From Bacilli bacterium (GTDB taxonomy: Bacteria > Bacillota_I > Bacilli_A > RFN20 > CAG-826): a stretch of DNA of 64,000 bases. The DNA is taken from NCBI GenBank assembly GCA_017635465.1, contig JAGBLL010000110.1, positions 4,908-68,907 on the forward strand, given 5' to 3'. The stretch's first letter is position 1; each line of letters starts with the position of its first letter. A program made the position numbers and the translations under genes. Shown here one piece after another: positions 10,216 to 24,758 of the stretch. The notes below the pieces were generated by a model that worked only from the letters and a program-made list of their open reading frames with translations, did not search any database and was not told where the DNA came from.

Positions 10216-10689
10216 ATGCAAAACCTTTACGTCAACATTAGAGAAGCAAAATTAGAAGACTTAAAAACAATCATGCAGATTGAAAATATTTGTTTTCCTC
10301 ATGGGGCGTGGAAGGAAGAAAATATCCTTTATGAATTAAAAGAAAACCCAGTCGCTCATTTCTGGGTAATCGAGTTATCTATTAATAATGAAGAAGGCTA
10401 TCGTGTGGTGGGCTTCTGTGATTATTGGGAGACATTCGATAGTGCGACAATTTGTCAAATCGCTGTTCATCCTTATTTACAAAGAAAACAATTAGGTTCA
10501 GCGATGATGGATGAAATCTATAACGATTGTTACGCTAAAAAGATTCAAACATTAACTTTAGAAGTGAGAACTAATAATTTATCCGCGATTAATTTCTATA
10601 AGAAACACGGATTCAAAATTGAAACTACTAAACCGCATTATTACGATAACGGTGATGATGCTTATTATATGATTTTGCAGGTGAAATAA
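10216..10689 (+). CDS. rimI: ribosomal-protein-alanine N-acetyltransferase (GNAT)
   Basis: GNAT motif QRKQLGSAMM. Conserved position between tsaB and tsaD. Confidence 0.82.
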   Translation: MQNLYVNIREAKLEDLKTIMQIENICFPHGAWKEENILYELKENPVAHFWVIELSINNEEGYRVVGFCDYWETFDSATICQIAVHPYLQRKQLGSAMMDEIYNDCYAKKIQTLTLEVRTNNLSAINFYKKHGFKIETTKPHYYDNGDDAYYMILQVK

Positions 10690-10690
10690 A

Positions 10691-11710
10691 ATGGCAACAA
10701 TATTAGCAATAGAATCAAGCTGTGATGAAACAAGTGTCGCGATTACTAGAGATGGTAAACTCCTTTCTAATGTCATCAACACACAAATTGAAGTGCACCA
10801 AAAATATGGTGGTGTTATGCCGGAGATTGCTTCCAGACTTCACTGTGAGAATATCTCATTAGTCTTAAAAGAAGCATTAGAAAAAGCCGATGTTAAATTA
10901 GAAGACATTGATGCTTTCGCAGTCACTAGAGGACCAGGTCTAATAGGCGCACTACATGTTGGTATGCAATGCGCTAAAACATTAGCGATGCTTTATAAAA
11001 AGCCATTAATTCCTGTCCACCATTTAGCGGGACATATTTACGCTAATGAATTTAATGAAGAATTAAAATTCCCATTACTTGCCGTTGTTGTTTCAGGTGG
11101 TAATTCAGAATTAGTGATTATGAAAGATCACATGAATTTTGAAATCATTGGTGAAACAAGAGATGATGCGATTGGTGAATGCTACGATAAAGTAGCAAGA
11201 GTCTTAGGCTTACCTTATCCGGGTGGCATTCCAATTGATAAATTAGCCAAAGAAGGTGAACATACATATCATTTACCAACACCACTCAGTGGTGAACATA
11301 CTTACGATATGTCGTTCTCTGGCTTAAAAACTAATGTCATTAATCTAGTGCATAATTTACAGCAAAAAGGCGAAGAAATCAGAGTGCCTGATATGTGCCG
11401 TAGCTTCCAAGATGTTGCCGTTGGTATGGTTATTTCTAGAGCAGTTAAAGCCATAAAAGAATATGACGTTAAACAAGTCGTTTTAGCGGGTGGTGTATCC
11501 GCAAATTCATACTTACGCGCTGAAATGCTTAAAGAATGCGAAAAATTAGGTGCCCACATTATCATTCCACCAATGTGGTGCTGCACTGATAACGCGGCAA
11601 TGATTGCCAAAGTTGCGGAACATCTTTACGAAATGAAGGTGTTCGCAGGACTAGATTTAGGGGTCGATCCTAACTGGTCAATTGAAAAGTGGAATGAATT
11701 TGAAAATTGA
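10691..11710 (+). CDS. tsaD: tRNA N6-adenosine threonylcarbamoyltransferase TsaD
   Basis: ESSCDET, HH.AGH and GGVSAN motifs, 339 aa. Confidence 0.95.
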   Translation: MATILAIESSCDETSVAITRDGKLLSNVINTQIEVHQKYGGVMPEIASRLHCENISLVLKEALEKADVKLEDIDAFAVTRGPGLIGALHVGMQCAKTLAMLYKKPLIPVHHLAGHIYANEFNEELKFPLLAVVVSGGNSELVIMKDHMNFEIIGETRDDAIGECYDKVARVLGLPYPGGIPIDKLAKEGEHTYHLPTPLSGEHTYDMSFSGLKTNVINLVHNLQQKGEEIRVPDMCRSFQDVAVGMVISRAVKAIKEYDVKQVVLAGGVSANSYLRAEMLKECEKLGAHIIIPPMWCCTDNAAMIAKVAEHLYEMKVFAGLDLGVDPNWSIEKWNEFEN

Positions 11711-11760
11711 AGTGACAAAGTTACTTTAAGTAACTATGATATTAACAAGGAGCATTAAAT

Positions 11761-13152
11761 ATGGAACCTATGAAAATTACTAACTTTGAACTCTATGACA
11801 TCGTGACAAACGGCGATCAAGATGAGATTGAATCTCTTGGAACAGTTGAACTTGAAGGTTGGGTTAAAACTAACCGTGATAATGGTTCAATTGGCTTTGT
11901 CGAATTCAACGATGGTACATATTTTAAAAGTGTGCAATTAGTCTACACTGATAAAAGTCAAAATCACGACATCTTATCATCTTTAAAAACCGGTGCGGCA
12001 ATTAAAGTTCATGGTAAGTTAGTCTTAACTCCAGAAAACAAACAACCATTTGAAATCGCTGTGGAAGATTGTTCTTTAGAAGGCGATGTCGATGATGACT
12101 ATCCACTTCAAAAGAAGAGACACAGCTTTGAATTCTTAAGAGAAATCGCCCACATTAGACCACGCGCTAACACATTCCAAGCGGTCTATCGTGTGAGAAG
12201 CGTCTTATCTTTTGCTATTCATGAATTCTTCCAAAATAATGGCTTCATCTATGTCCACACACCATTAATTACCACTAACGATGGTGAAGGTGCTGGTAAC
12301 GTTTTTGATGTTGTCACACATGATACCAAAGATCCAAATTCATTCTATGGTAGAAAAGTTAACTTAACTGTTACTGGTCAATTACACGTTGAACCATTCG
12401 CTTTAGCCTTTAGAGATGTTTATACATTTGGTCCTGCCTTTAGAGCGGAACATTCTAACACTGTTAGACACGCTTCTGAATTCTGGATGGTGGAACCAGA
12501 AATGGCTTTCACTGATTTAGAAGGCAATATGGATGTTATTGAAGACTGTGTTAAATTCTGCATCAATTACATTCTTTCTGCTTGCCCAGAAGAAATGAAT
12601 TTCTTCAACACTATGATTGATAAAACATTATTAGAAAGATTAAATCATGTCGCTAATAGTGATTTCAAACGTATGACATATACCGAAGGTGTTGAATTAT
12701 TAAAGAAAGCTGTTAAAGAAGGTCATGTCTTTGAAAATAACAACATCGAATGGGGTATGGATTTACAAAGTGAACATGAAAGATATCTCACTGAAGAAAT
12801 TGTTAAAGGCCCATTATTCTTAACAGACTATCCAAAAGAAATTAAAGCCTTCTATATGAGAGAAAATGATGATGGTAAAACAGTTGCTGCTTGTGACTTA
12901 TTAGTGCCTGCAGTTGGTGAACTAGTCGGTGGTTCTCAAAGAGAAGAAAGATACGACATCTTACTTAAGAAGATGCAAAAACTCGGTAACGATAAGGAAT
13001 TAGATTGGTATTTAGACACCCGTAGATACGGGGGTTGCAAACACTCTGGCTTCGGTATCGGCTTTGATAGATTATTAATGTACATCACTGGCATGCAAAA
13101 CATCCGTGATGTCCAACCATATCCAAGAACATCCAATAGCATTAAATACTAG
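11761..13152 (+). CDS. asnS: asparagine--tRNA ligase
   Basis: Class II motifs FRAEHSNT.RH..EFWM.EPE and GFG.GFDRL, 463 aa. Confidence 0.94.
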   Translation: MEPMKITNFELYDIVTNGDQDEIESLGTVELEGWVKTNRDNGSIGFVEFNDGTYFKSVQLVYTDKSQNHDILSSLKTGAAIKVHGKLVLTPENKQPFEIAVEDCSLEGDVDDDYPLQKKRHSFEFLREIAHIRPRANTFQAVYRVRSVLSFAIHEFFQNNGFIYVHTPLITTNDGEGAGNVFDVVTHDTKDPNSFYGRKVNLTVTGQLHVEPFALAFRDVYTFGPAFRAEHSNTVRHASEFWMVEPEMAFTDLEGNMDVIEDCVKFCINYILSACPEEMNFFNTMIDKTLLERLNHVANSDFKRMTYTEGVELLKKAVKEGHVFENNNIEWGMDLQSEHERYLTEEIVKGPLFLTDYPKEIKAFYMRENDDGKTVAACDLLVPAVGELVGGSQREERYDILLKKMQKLGNDKELDWYLDTRRYGGCKHSGFGIGFDRLLMYITGMQNIRDVQPYPRTSNSIKY

Positions 13153-13163
13153 GAGGATTGCTT

Positions 13164-13316
13164 ATGATTGAAGAAGTAATCGATTCTGAAAAGGACGCTC
13201 GTAAGGCAAGACTTAAAACAAGATTCCTCTGGATCTTAATTGTCCTTGATGCCATCTTATTCGGCTATGCCGCTTATGAGATCATCATGATTGTCTTATC
13301 ACTAACAATGAAGTAA
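13164..13316 (+). CDS. small (50 aa) single-pass membrane protein, absent from the ORF track
   Basis: SD aggagg at 13151-13156, ATG at 13164. Product MIEEVIDSEKDARKARLKTRFLWILIVLDAILFGYAAYEIIMIVLSLTMK. Terminator immediately downstream. Confidence 0.5.
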   Translation: MIEEVIDSEKDARKARLKTRFLWILIVLDAILFGYAAYEIIMIVLSLTMK

Positions 13317-13320
13317 AACG

Positions 13321-13348
13321 AAACCCCCATCTCATCTGGGGGTTTTAA
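13321..13348. terminator. bidirectional intrinsic terminator
   Basis: aaaccccca-tctcatc-tgggggttt, with an A-run upstream and a T-run downstream. Confidence 0.75.
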
Positions 13349-13349
13349 A

Positions 13350-14024
13350 TTACATCGGTTGCACTGGTGAATTGTTGCTTTGCTGTGGTTGTTGTGGTGG
13401 AGTGTTTTGATCAAAATTATCTAAGCTCTTTTCAAACACTCTCTTTGATAATTTAATCGCTCTTATTGTTCTTGCTAAATAAGCTTGAGCGACCACTAAA
13501 TACCAAAGGCCACCAACGATAACAAATGATACTGCAACATAAGAGCAGATTGCTTCAACTTCAAAATGCGGTTGATTAATTAATGTTGGCCAGTTAAGTA
13601 AAACGCCAATACCACTTTCTGGAGTGGAAATGATATTTGAGAAATCCCAGACAAAGAATAATGAACCAAAACCATCATTGATATTGAATGGATTATAAGC
13701 CCAATCATTCTTAACAGCGTTTCTAATAATATAAGTTACAACACCCACAATGATGATAATGATTGGTATCCATGCTTGTTTGATGAAATGTCTAATATTC
13801 TTTTTAGCGGCATATCTTCTTAATTGATGAGGAGTTTTAACGATATGATTAGTAACAACATCACTCACTAGGGTATCGCATTTCTTACCTTGCCATTTCA
13901 TTGTTCTAATGATTAAAGAACCTAATAAACCAATAACAACGAACAAAATGATAATGATGAAAAGAAGGGCAATAATTACTCTTTTATCGTTTTCAGTAAT
14001 TTTAAGCATTAGTAGTGGTCCCAT
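13350..14024 (-). CDS. hypothetical membrane protein with Q/P-rich C-terminus
   Basis: 224-aa ORF with SD gaggt 5 nt upstream of the ATG. Last gene of a three-gene minus-strand operon. Confidence 0.5.
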   Translation of the reverse strand: MGPLLMLKITENDKRVIIALLFIIIILFVVIGLLGSLIIRTMKWQGKKCDTLVSDVVTNHIVKTPHQLRRYAAKKNIRHFIKQAWIPIIIIIVGVVTYIIRNAVKNDWAYNPFNINDGFGSLFFVWDFSNIISTPESGIGVLLNWPTLINQPHFEVEAICSYVAVSFVIVGGLWYLVVAQAYLARTIRAIKLSKRVFEKSLDNFDQNTPPQQPQQSNNSPVQPM

Positions 14025-14032
14025 CTTTTACC

Positions 14033-14761
14033 TCAATCATCATAATTAATATCGACACCCATATGGTTATCGTCATTATCTTCATCTTGGAAGGAATCTT
14101 CACTTCCTCTTGGTTTATATGTTTCTAATTCTTCTTGTGGAGTTGAAATTTCATCTTCTTCTAAAGCACTTAAGAAGTCATCTAATGGATCTTCTTTGTG
14201 CTGTTCTTCTTCAATTAAATCGGTTAAAGGTGAAATAGGTTCTTCTTTAACTTCCTCTTGTTTAACATTAAGTTCTTCAATGACAGGTTCTTCTTCCTCT
14301 TCCTTAACTTCTTCAAAAATAGGAGCACTAGGAGGTACTTCTTCTTTAGTCTCTTCTTTCTTATTTAAGTCTTGGAAGCAAGCCTCTTCTACGCTTGTAG
14401 GAGCGGGAGTGGGAATGGGAGTGATAACCGGCGCTGGTTCTTCTTTAAAAGCGGGTTCATCAAATACTTCTTCAAATACTAAATTATTGCTTTCTTGTTG
14501 AACTTGAGCAGCAGGCGTAGGTTCATCATTAACAGGCTTATTTTTAGTCTCTTCTTTTTCTTTTAATAAACGAAGTTCTTTATCTTCAGGTAATTCTGGG
14601 AAGAATTGTTGACCAGTGAAAAAGAAAATAATTGATTTCACTAACTGAATAATAAAAGCAATGAGGCCAACCACTGCAAAAATAGCTAGAACAACTATGA
14701 AGAACGGGAACGCTAATACATAGAGAATGCCACGGCCAAATGCTTTTAATAAATCTACCAT
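14033..14761 (-). CDS. hypothetical membrane-anchored acidic Glu/Pro-rich protein
   Basis: 242 aa. N-terminal double TM hairpin followed by a highly acidic low-complexity tail. Confidence 0.5.
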   Translation of the reverse strand: MVDLLKAFGRGILYVLAFPFFIVVLAIFAVVGLIAFIIQLVKSIIFFFTGQQFFPELPEDKELRLLKEKEETKNKPVNDEPTPAAQVQQESNNLVFEEVFDEPAFKEEPAPVITPIPTPAPTSVEEACFQDLNKKEETKEEVPPSAPIFEEVKEEEEEPVIEELNVKQEEVKEEPISPLTDLIEEEQHKEDPLDDFLSALEEDEISTPQEELETYKPRGSEDSFQDEDNDDNHMGVDINYDD

Positions 14762-14770
14762 ACTAATATT

Positions 14771-15664
14771 CTAAATATTATTATCCGCTTTTATCAAACA
14801 ATTTTTGATAAAACTTGTTAATGCAATCATCATTGGGAATAAAGCAAATAAATTAAAGCCAAATGGCTTATCAACTTTAGTGTAGAAAATGGTGAAAATG
14901 ATGAATGCAATTAATAAGGAAACACCGAGAATAATATAGACATATGGCTTTTTTGAACCAAGTAAATCAATTAATAGGAAAATAGCAAAATAAAATGATA
15001 AAGCGACAAAGGCTAATGAAGGTGGACGATAAGTAAAAGCGAAGATAAATGAGATAAGAATACAAGTAAGTAAACCAGCAATATATGGCCAGAAAGAAGC
15101 GACATGTGTATTAGTTTCTACACCAATTTTCTTAATTTCAGTTAATAAGACAAAATGCGTTAAAGAACATTGAGTTAAGGCCACAAAAAGGATGAAAAGA
15201 TGAGTTAATTCTTGTTTATAAGCAAAGTTAGTTAAACCAAAAATCGTGATAAAAGTATGAACAATATCAGTCTTACTTATTATATTTAATAAAGGAATAA
15301 AGGCATAGGTCAAAACCACTTCCACAAGAGTGGATCCAAGAATCATCCAGAAAGGATTAATTTTCTTATCAAGTAGTACTCCAATAATAAAGCCAGAACA
15401 TACCGCTGGAACAATATAGAAAACAGTATCAAGAATATTAAAGATTAAACATAACCCAATACTAGCGGCAGCGTAGATAATGTAATACCTTTTTTGGCAG
15501 TAATAAGAAACAACTGCACTGACAAAAGGTAGCATCAATATTAATAGAAGCATTAAAAATGGCACATAAGTATCTAAGACTATGAAGATGACATTAATCG
15601 CAGTCATCAAAGCCATATAAGTAATGTTATGAACTAAAGTGGTCTTTTTTCTAAATATTGCCAT
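14771..15664 (-). CDS. hypothetical polytopic membrane protein
   Basis: 297 aa with about 8 predicted TM helices. First gene of the operon. Confidence 0.5.
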   Translation of the reverse strand: MAIFRKKTTLVHNITYMALMTAINVIFIVLDTYVPFLMLLLILMLPFVSAVVSYYCQKRYYIIYAAASIGLCLIFNILDTVFYIVPAVCSGFIIGVLLDKKINPFWMILGSTLVEVVLTYAFIPLLNIISKTDIVHTFITIFGLTNFAYKQELTHLFILFVALTQCSLTHFVLLTEIKKIGVETNTHVASFWPYIAGLLTCILISFIFAFTYRPPSLAFVALSFYFAIFLLIDLLGSKKPYVYIILGVSLLIAFIIFTIFYTKVDKPFGFNLFALFPMMIALTSFIKNCLIKADNNI

Positions 15665-15707
15665 AACAATATTTTACATTTTTTATCTAAAAAACTATAC
15701 TTATTGC

Positions 15708-16166
15708 ATGACATATCGTTTTTTTATCGCTTCGCTAGCGCTTCTAGCGACAGTGGTAGCGTGTTCACCAGCACACGTTATTACGAGTAAAAAAACATAT
15801 CAAGACTACGACATAGTGCAATCACAACAAATCAGGTGGTTGGATATCCTTAATCAACAAGAAGAAAACTACATTGTTTTCATTTACTCTGAAACTTGTG
15901 GGTACTGTCACGACATGCTTGACGAAATAGTGGACTTCGCTACTGAGAGAATTCTACCTACTTATTTTGTTAATTCATCAATTGATCACATCCAAATTAG
16001 TGATGATTATGGTATTGGAATAATGGATATTAATGACTTATCCATCAAAGGCACTCCATCAATTATTGAAGTTAATGAACAAATGGTAGTGGCGAATGTT
16101 CCAGGCATTGATCAGTGCCTATCTTATCTAAACGAGAAAAGATTAGTAACAAATTATATTCTTTAA
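15708..16166 (+). CDS. thioredoxin-fold lipoprotein
   Basis: Start moved to the internal ATG 15708. Lipobox LATVVAC and CGYC redox motif. Confidence 0.62.
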   Translation: MTYRFFIASLALLATVVACSPAHVITSKKTYQDYDIVQSQQIRWLDILNQQEENYIVFIYSETCGYCHDMLDEIVDFATERILPTYFVNSSIDHIQISDDYGIGIMDINDLSIKGTPSIIEVNEQMVVANVPGIDQCLSYLNEKRLVTNYIL

Positions 16167-16210
16167 TTGCATATCTATCGTTTACTTTGCTAATATATTG
16201 TTAACAATAT

Positions 16211-20433
<4,223 letters not shown>

Positions 20434-20434
20434 A

Positions 20435-20731
20435 ATGAAAACCGCTAATGAAAAGACATTATTAGAAGCAGCGCATAATTTAATGTTCGATATTAATGAT
20501 GTTGAACTAGAAGTCTTAAAAGAAGAATACGCTGACATCTTAGATGCTATTGAAGAAATGAAATCTATTCCTAACATTGATCAATTAAGACCAATGATTT
20601 TTCCTTATGAAATTGTTACTGATTATTTAAGAGAAGATGTCACTGATAATGTTTTAGATAAAAAAGAAGCTTTAAAAAATGCTTCAAAAGTGGAAGATGG
20701 ACAAATCGTCATTCCAAAGGTGGTGAAATAA
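20435..20731 (+). CDS. gatC: Asp/Glu-tRNA amidotransferase subunit C
   Basis: 98 aa. Position immediately upstream of gatA and gatB. Confidence 0.88.
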   Translation: MKTANEKTLLEAAHNLMFDINDVELEVLKEEYADILDAIEEMKSIPNIDQLRPMIFPYEIVTDYLREDVTDNVLDKKEALKNASKVEDGQIVIPKVVK

Positions 20732-22191
20732 TGGACTACCTTTCTAAAAACATTTATCAAATTCATGAAGCTTTAGTTAATAAAGAAGTTACTCCTTTAG
20801 ATTTAGTTATAGAAGCTTTAGAAAAGATTAAAAAAGACACTAATAATGCTTTCGAATATATTTATGAAAAAGAAGCTATAGAAATCGCGGAAGTTTTATC
20901 AAAAGAAGAAGTGGAAATCGATAATCCTTTATGGGGTATTCCTTTTGCTATTAAAGATAATTTCTCCACAAAAGATATTCCAACATGTGCTTCATCTAAA
21001 TTATTAGAAGGATATATTCCTCCTTTTGATAGTGAAGTCTATACTAGATTACTAAATAAAAAAGCTATCCCAATTGCTAAAACAACATTAGATGAATTAG
21101 CGATGGGTGGCACAGGTAGTAGTGGTCATAAAGGTAAAACATTTAATCCTTGGGATGAAACTAAAACTAGAATGATTGGTGGTTCTTCTTGTGGTAGTGC
21201 CGCTTCATGCGCTGCTGGTATAGTTCCTTATTCTATTGGCTCAGATACAGGTGACAGTGTAAGAAAACCTGCTTCCTATAGTGCGCTTGTCGGTTTTAAA
21301 CCAACATGGGGTCGTATCTCTAGATATGGCTTATTTACTTTTTCTGCTTCTTTAGATCATGTTGCTTATTTCACTAGAAATGTTAAAGACTCCGCTTTGT
21401 TGTTAAGTGTTTTAAGTGGTAGAGATGATAAAGACACAACATCTTCAACTTTAGAAGTAGAAAATTATTTATCCAAAATGGATGAAAAACATAAACCATA
21501 CAAATTGGCGGTCATTAAAGATATCTATGATGATGTTAGTGATAAAAATATTAAATCTGCCTTCGATAAGATGATTAATGATTTAAAAGAAAAAGGCTAT
21601 AAAATCAATACCTTCTCTATTGGTTTTGATTTAGCAAAGATTATTTATTCAACCTATTACATCATTTCAAGCGCGGAAGCCACAAGCAACAACGCTAATC
21701 TTGATGGCATTAAATTTGGTGTTAATAAAGACGCTGATACATATGAAGAAATGCTCTTCAAAGTTAGAAGTGAAGGTTTTTCTGACCGCATTAAAAGAAG
21801 ATTTGTTATTGGTTCTCTTTCATTGTTAGAAGAAAATCAACAAGAAATCTATCTAAGAGCGTTACGCGCTCGTCGATTAATTGTCGATACATTTAATAAG
21901 ATATTAGAAGATAATGATGCGATTATCTTACCTGCTTCTCCAACAGTAGCGCCACTTTTTGGCGATGATATTCCAAAGAAATCATTTAATAAAGACGCTA
22001 GTATCGCAGAAAACTATTTAGCGTTTGCTAATTTAGGCGGTTATCCTTCTATAACTTTACCTTTAGGTTTTGAAAATGAATTGCCGTTTGGTGTTAATAT
22101 CACTTCTCATCATTTCACTGAAAGCAAATTATTATCAATTGCTAAAGAAGTAGAAGAAGTGACCAAATTAAAGGACTTGGTGCATAAGTAA
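20731..22191 (+). CDS. gatA: Asp/Glu-tRNA amidotransferase subunit A
   Basis: Amidase signature GGSSCGSAA..A and GSDTGDS.R.PA. Confidence 0.94.
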   Translation: MDYLSKNIYQIHEALVNKEVTPLDLVIEALEKIKKDTNNAFEYIYEKEAIEIAEVLSKEEVEIDNPLWGIPFAIKDNFSTKDIPTCASSKLLEGYIPPFDSEVYTRLLNKKAIPIAKTTLDELAMGGTGSSGHKGKTFNPWDETKTRMIGGSSCGSAASCAAGIVPYSIGSDTGDSVRKPASYSALVGFKPTWGRISRYGLFTFSASLDHVAYFTRNVKDSALLLSVLSGRDDKDTTSSTLEVENYLSKMDEKHKPYKLAVIKDIYDDVSDKNIKSAFDKMINDLKEKGYKINTFSIGFDLAKIIYSTYYIISSAEATSNNANLDGIKFGVNKDADTYEEMLFKVRSEGFSDRIKRRFVIGSLSLLEENQQEIYLRALRARRLIVDTFNKILEDNDAIILPASPTVAPLFGDDIPKKSFNKDASIAENYLAFANLGGYPSITLPLGFENELPFGVNITSHHFTESKLLSIAKEVEEVTKLKDLVHK

Positions 22192-22192
22192 T

Positions 22193-23587
22193 ATGAAATG
22201 CGAAGCAATTATTGGCTTAGAAATACATTTACAGTTACTTAGTGAATCTAAGCTCTTTAGTGGTGCGCCCGCTAAATATAGTAAGGAGCCTAATACACAA
22301 GTCGCTGTGTTAGATATGGCTTTTCCTGGTTCCATGCCAGTGTTAAATAAAAGATGCGTAATTTCCGCTATTAGAATGGTTAACGCTCTTCACATGGAAT
22401 TAGATCGACTAATTAGATTTGACAGAAAAAATTATTTCTATAGCGATTTAGCCAAAGGCTACCAATTAACGCAGTTCTATCACCCAATTGGCAAAAATGG
22501 CCATCTCGCTATTAATGTGAATGATGGAATAAAGATTATTCGTATTAATCACTTACATATTGAAGAAGATGCCGCTAAACAAATACATTTAGAAAACAAA
22601 ACTTTATTAGATTTTAATCGTTCTGGTATGGGTTTAATTGAAATAGTTACCGATCCAGATATTAGAAATGGCAAAGAAGCAAGAGTGTTTTTAGAAGATA
22701 TTAGAGATATTGCTGTTTCTTTAGATGTGAGTAATGGTCGTCTTCAAGAAGGTTCAATGCGTGTTGATGTTAATGTTTCTTTAAAAGTAGACGGTGTTAA
22801 CGGTGAAATAGTGGAACTTAAAAATCTAAATGGTTTTAAAAATGTTGAAAAGGCGATTAATAGTGAAATCAATCGTCAAAAAGAAATCATCATTAATGGT
22901 AAAAAAGTTGAACCGGAAACTAGAAGATATGATGAAAACAAAAACACAACTGTTTTCATGAGAAAGAAAAACACTAAAATTGATTATCGTTATTTCGCTG
23001 ACGCTACTATTGCGCCAGTGAGAATTAGTGATGAATTAATAAAAGAAGCACTCAATTATCAGCCAGTTCATCGCATTGATTTTGATTTCTTAACTAAAGA
23101 AACGATTGATGAAATAAATCACAGCTCTTATCTCAAACATTTATTCTCAAAATTAGAAGAAAAAAATATTGCGACATTAAAGGTTGCTAACTTTGTTTTA
23201 ACACGTGTTAGAAATGAAATTAAGCGAGACGGTAGTGATTTATTAATCAAAATCGAAGATGATTTATTATCTTTATTAACGATGTATGAAGATGACAAAT
23301 TATCATATAAGCAAACTTCAATTATCTACCAACAATTGATGAAAAATAGCCAACCATTAAATGAGATTCTAGAAGAATATAATTTCACTAATGAAGTGGA
23401 AGAAGATGAATTATCCGCCATCATTGATGAAACTTTGATACAATATATAGATGCGGTTAATGATTATAAAAACGGCAAAGATAAAGCGTTAAACTTCCTA
23501 CTTGGCCAAATCTATAAACGCACTAAAAACAATATCGATTCAATAAAAGCAAAAGAATTGCTTCTTAATAAATTGGAGGAAAAATAA
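22193..23587 (+). CDS. gatB: Asp/Glu-tRNA amidotransferase subunit B
   Basis: IGLE.H.QL N-terminus, DFNR.G..L.EIV motif, 464 aa. Confidence 0.94.
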   Translation: MKCEAIIGLEIHLQLLSESKLFSGAPAKYSKEPNTQVAVLDMAFPGSMPVLNKRCVISAIRMVNALHMELDRLIRFDRKNYFYSDLAKGYQLTQFYHPIGKNGHLAINVNDGIKIIRINHLHIEEDAAKQIHLENKTLLDFNRSGMGLIEIVTDPDIRNGKEARVFLEDIRDIAVSLDVSNGRLQEGSMRVDVNVSLKVDGVNGEIVELKNLNGFKNVEKAINSEINRQKEIIINGKKVEPETRRYDENKNTTVFMRKKNTKIDYRYFADATIAPVRISDELIKEALNYQPVHRIDFDFLTKETIDEINHSSYLKHLFSKLEEKNIATLKVANFVLTRVRNEIKRDGSDLLIKIEDDLLSLLTMYEDDKLSYKQTSIIYQQLMKNSQPLNEILEEYNFTNEVEEDELSAIIDETLIQYIDAVNDYKNGKDKALNFLLGQIYKRTKNNIDSIKAKELLLNKLEEK

Positions 23588-23588
23588 C

Positions 23589-24605
23589 ATGGCAGTATTA
23601 GTCACAGGTGGAACAGGATATATCGGTTCCCACACAGTCGTTGAATTATTAGAGAATGGTTACGATGTCGTCATCGTTGATAACTTCATCAACTCAAAAC
23701 CAGAAGTCTTAAATCGCATTAATAAAATCACAGGTAAAACACCAAGATTTTATGAAGTTGATGTCACCAAATATGATGATTTAAAAAAAGTTTTTGAAAA
23801 AGAAAATATCACAGACATCATTCACTTCGCAGGTTTAAAGAGCGTCGCTGAATCTGTTGAAAAACCACAATTATATATCGATAACAATATCGGTAGTAGT
23901 AAGGTCTTATTAAGATTAATGAACGAATTCAACGTTCATAACATCGTCTTCTCTTCTAGCGCAACAGTTTATGGTGTCCCAGATCATGTCCCACTTAAAG
24001 AAAGTGACAAAGTTGGTGGTTGCACAAACCCATATGGTCAAACCAAATTAGATATTGAATATTTATTAAAGGATTACGCAAAAGAACATAAAGACGCTAA
24101 CATCGTTATCTTAAGATACTTCAACCCAATCGGTGCTCATGAAAGTGGCTTAATTGGTGAAGATCCAAACGGCATTCCAAATAACTTAATGCCATATATT
24201 ACTCAAGTGGCTGTTGGTAAACGTCCACACTTAAATGTTTATGGTAATGACTATAAAACAGTGGATGGTACAGGTGTTAGAGACTATATCCATGTTGTCG
24301 ATTTAGCGCACGGCCATTTATGTGCCTTAAAGAAATTAGAAGAAAAACCAGGCTTAGTGATCTATAACTTAGGCACTGGTAAAGGCACAAGTGTTCTTGA
24401 ACTCGTTCACGCTTTTGAAAAAGCTAACAATATGAAACTTCCATATGTCATCTGCCCAAGACGTCCTGGCGATGTTGATGAAAACTACGCTGAAGTATCT
24501 AAAGCTTGGGAAGAAATGAAATTCAAAACCAAACTCAATATTGAAGATGCTTGTAGAGATTCATGGAGATGGCAATCTAAAAACCCAAACGGGTATGACA
24601 AATAA
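23589..24605 (+). CDS. galE: UDP-glucose 4-epimerase
   Basis: GGTGYIGSH NAD-binding site, YG.TK catalytic motif, 338 aa. Confidence 0.92.
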   Translation: MAVLVTGGTGYIGSHTVVELLENGYDVVIVDNFINSKPEVLNRINKITGKTPRFYEVDVTKYDDLKKVFEKENITDIIHFAGLKSVAESVEKPQLYIDNNIGSSKVLLRLMNEFNVHNIVFSSSATVYGVPDHVPLKESDKVGGCTNPYGQTKLDIEYLLKDYAKEHKDANIVILRYFNPIGAHESGLIGEDPNGIPNNLMPYITQVAVGKRPHLNVYGNDYKTVDGTGVRDYIHVVDLAHGHLCALKKLEEKPGLVIYNLGTGKGTSVLELVHAFEKANNMKLPYVICPRRPGDVDENYAEVSKAWEEMKFKTKLNIEDACRDSWRWQSKNPNGYDK

Positions 24606-24620
24606 TAAATAGTTTGTCAC

Positions 24621-24697
24621 GCGCTTGTAGCTCAGCTGGATAGAGCGCTTCCCTCCTAAGGAAGAAGTCGGGCGTTCAAATCGTCTCAAGCGCGCCA
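24621..24697 (+). tRNA. tRNA-Arg (anticodon CCU)
   Basis: Cloverleaf folded by hand. Acceptor GCGCTTG/CAAGCGC, anticodon stem CTTCC/GGAAG with loop CTCCTAA, encoded CCA. Confidence 0.9.
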
Positions 24698-24706
24698 AAA
24701 TATTTG

Positions 24707-24732
24707 AAAGGTGATTATTCACCTTTTTCTTT
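24707..24732 (+). terminator. intrinsic terminator after galE-tRNA-Arg
   Basis: aaaggtga-ttat-tcaccttt followed by ttc tttt. Confidence 0.65.
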
Positions 24733-24758
24733 TATTCTCAATTATTAATAAAAAATTG

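Noticed and set aside
11711-11760. T-box leader upstream of asnS.
   Set aside because: The intergenic space is only 50 nt, far too short for a T-box, and no specifier or T-box sequence is visible.
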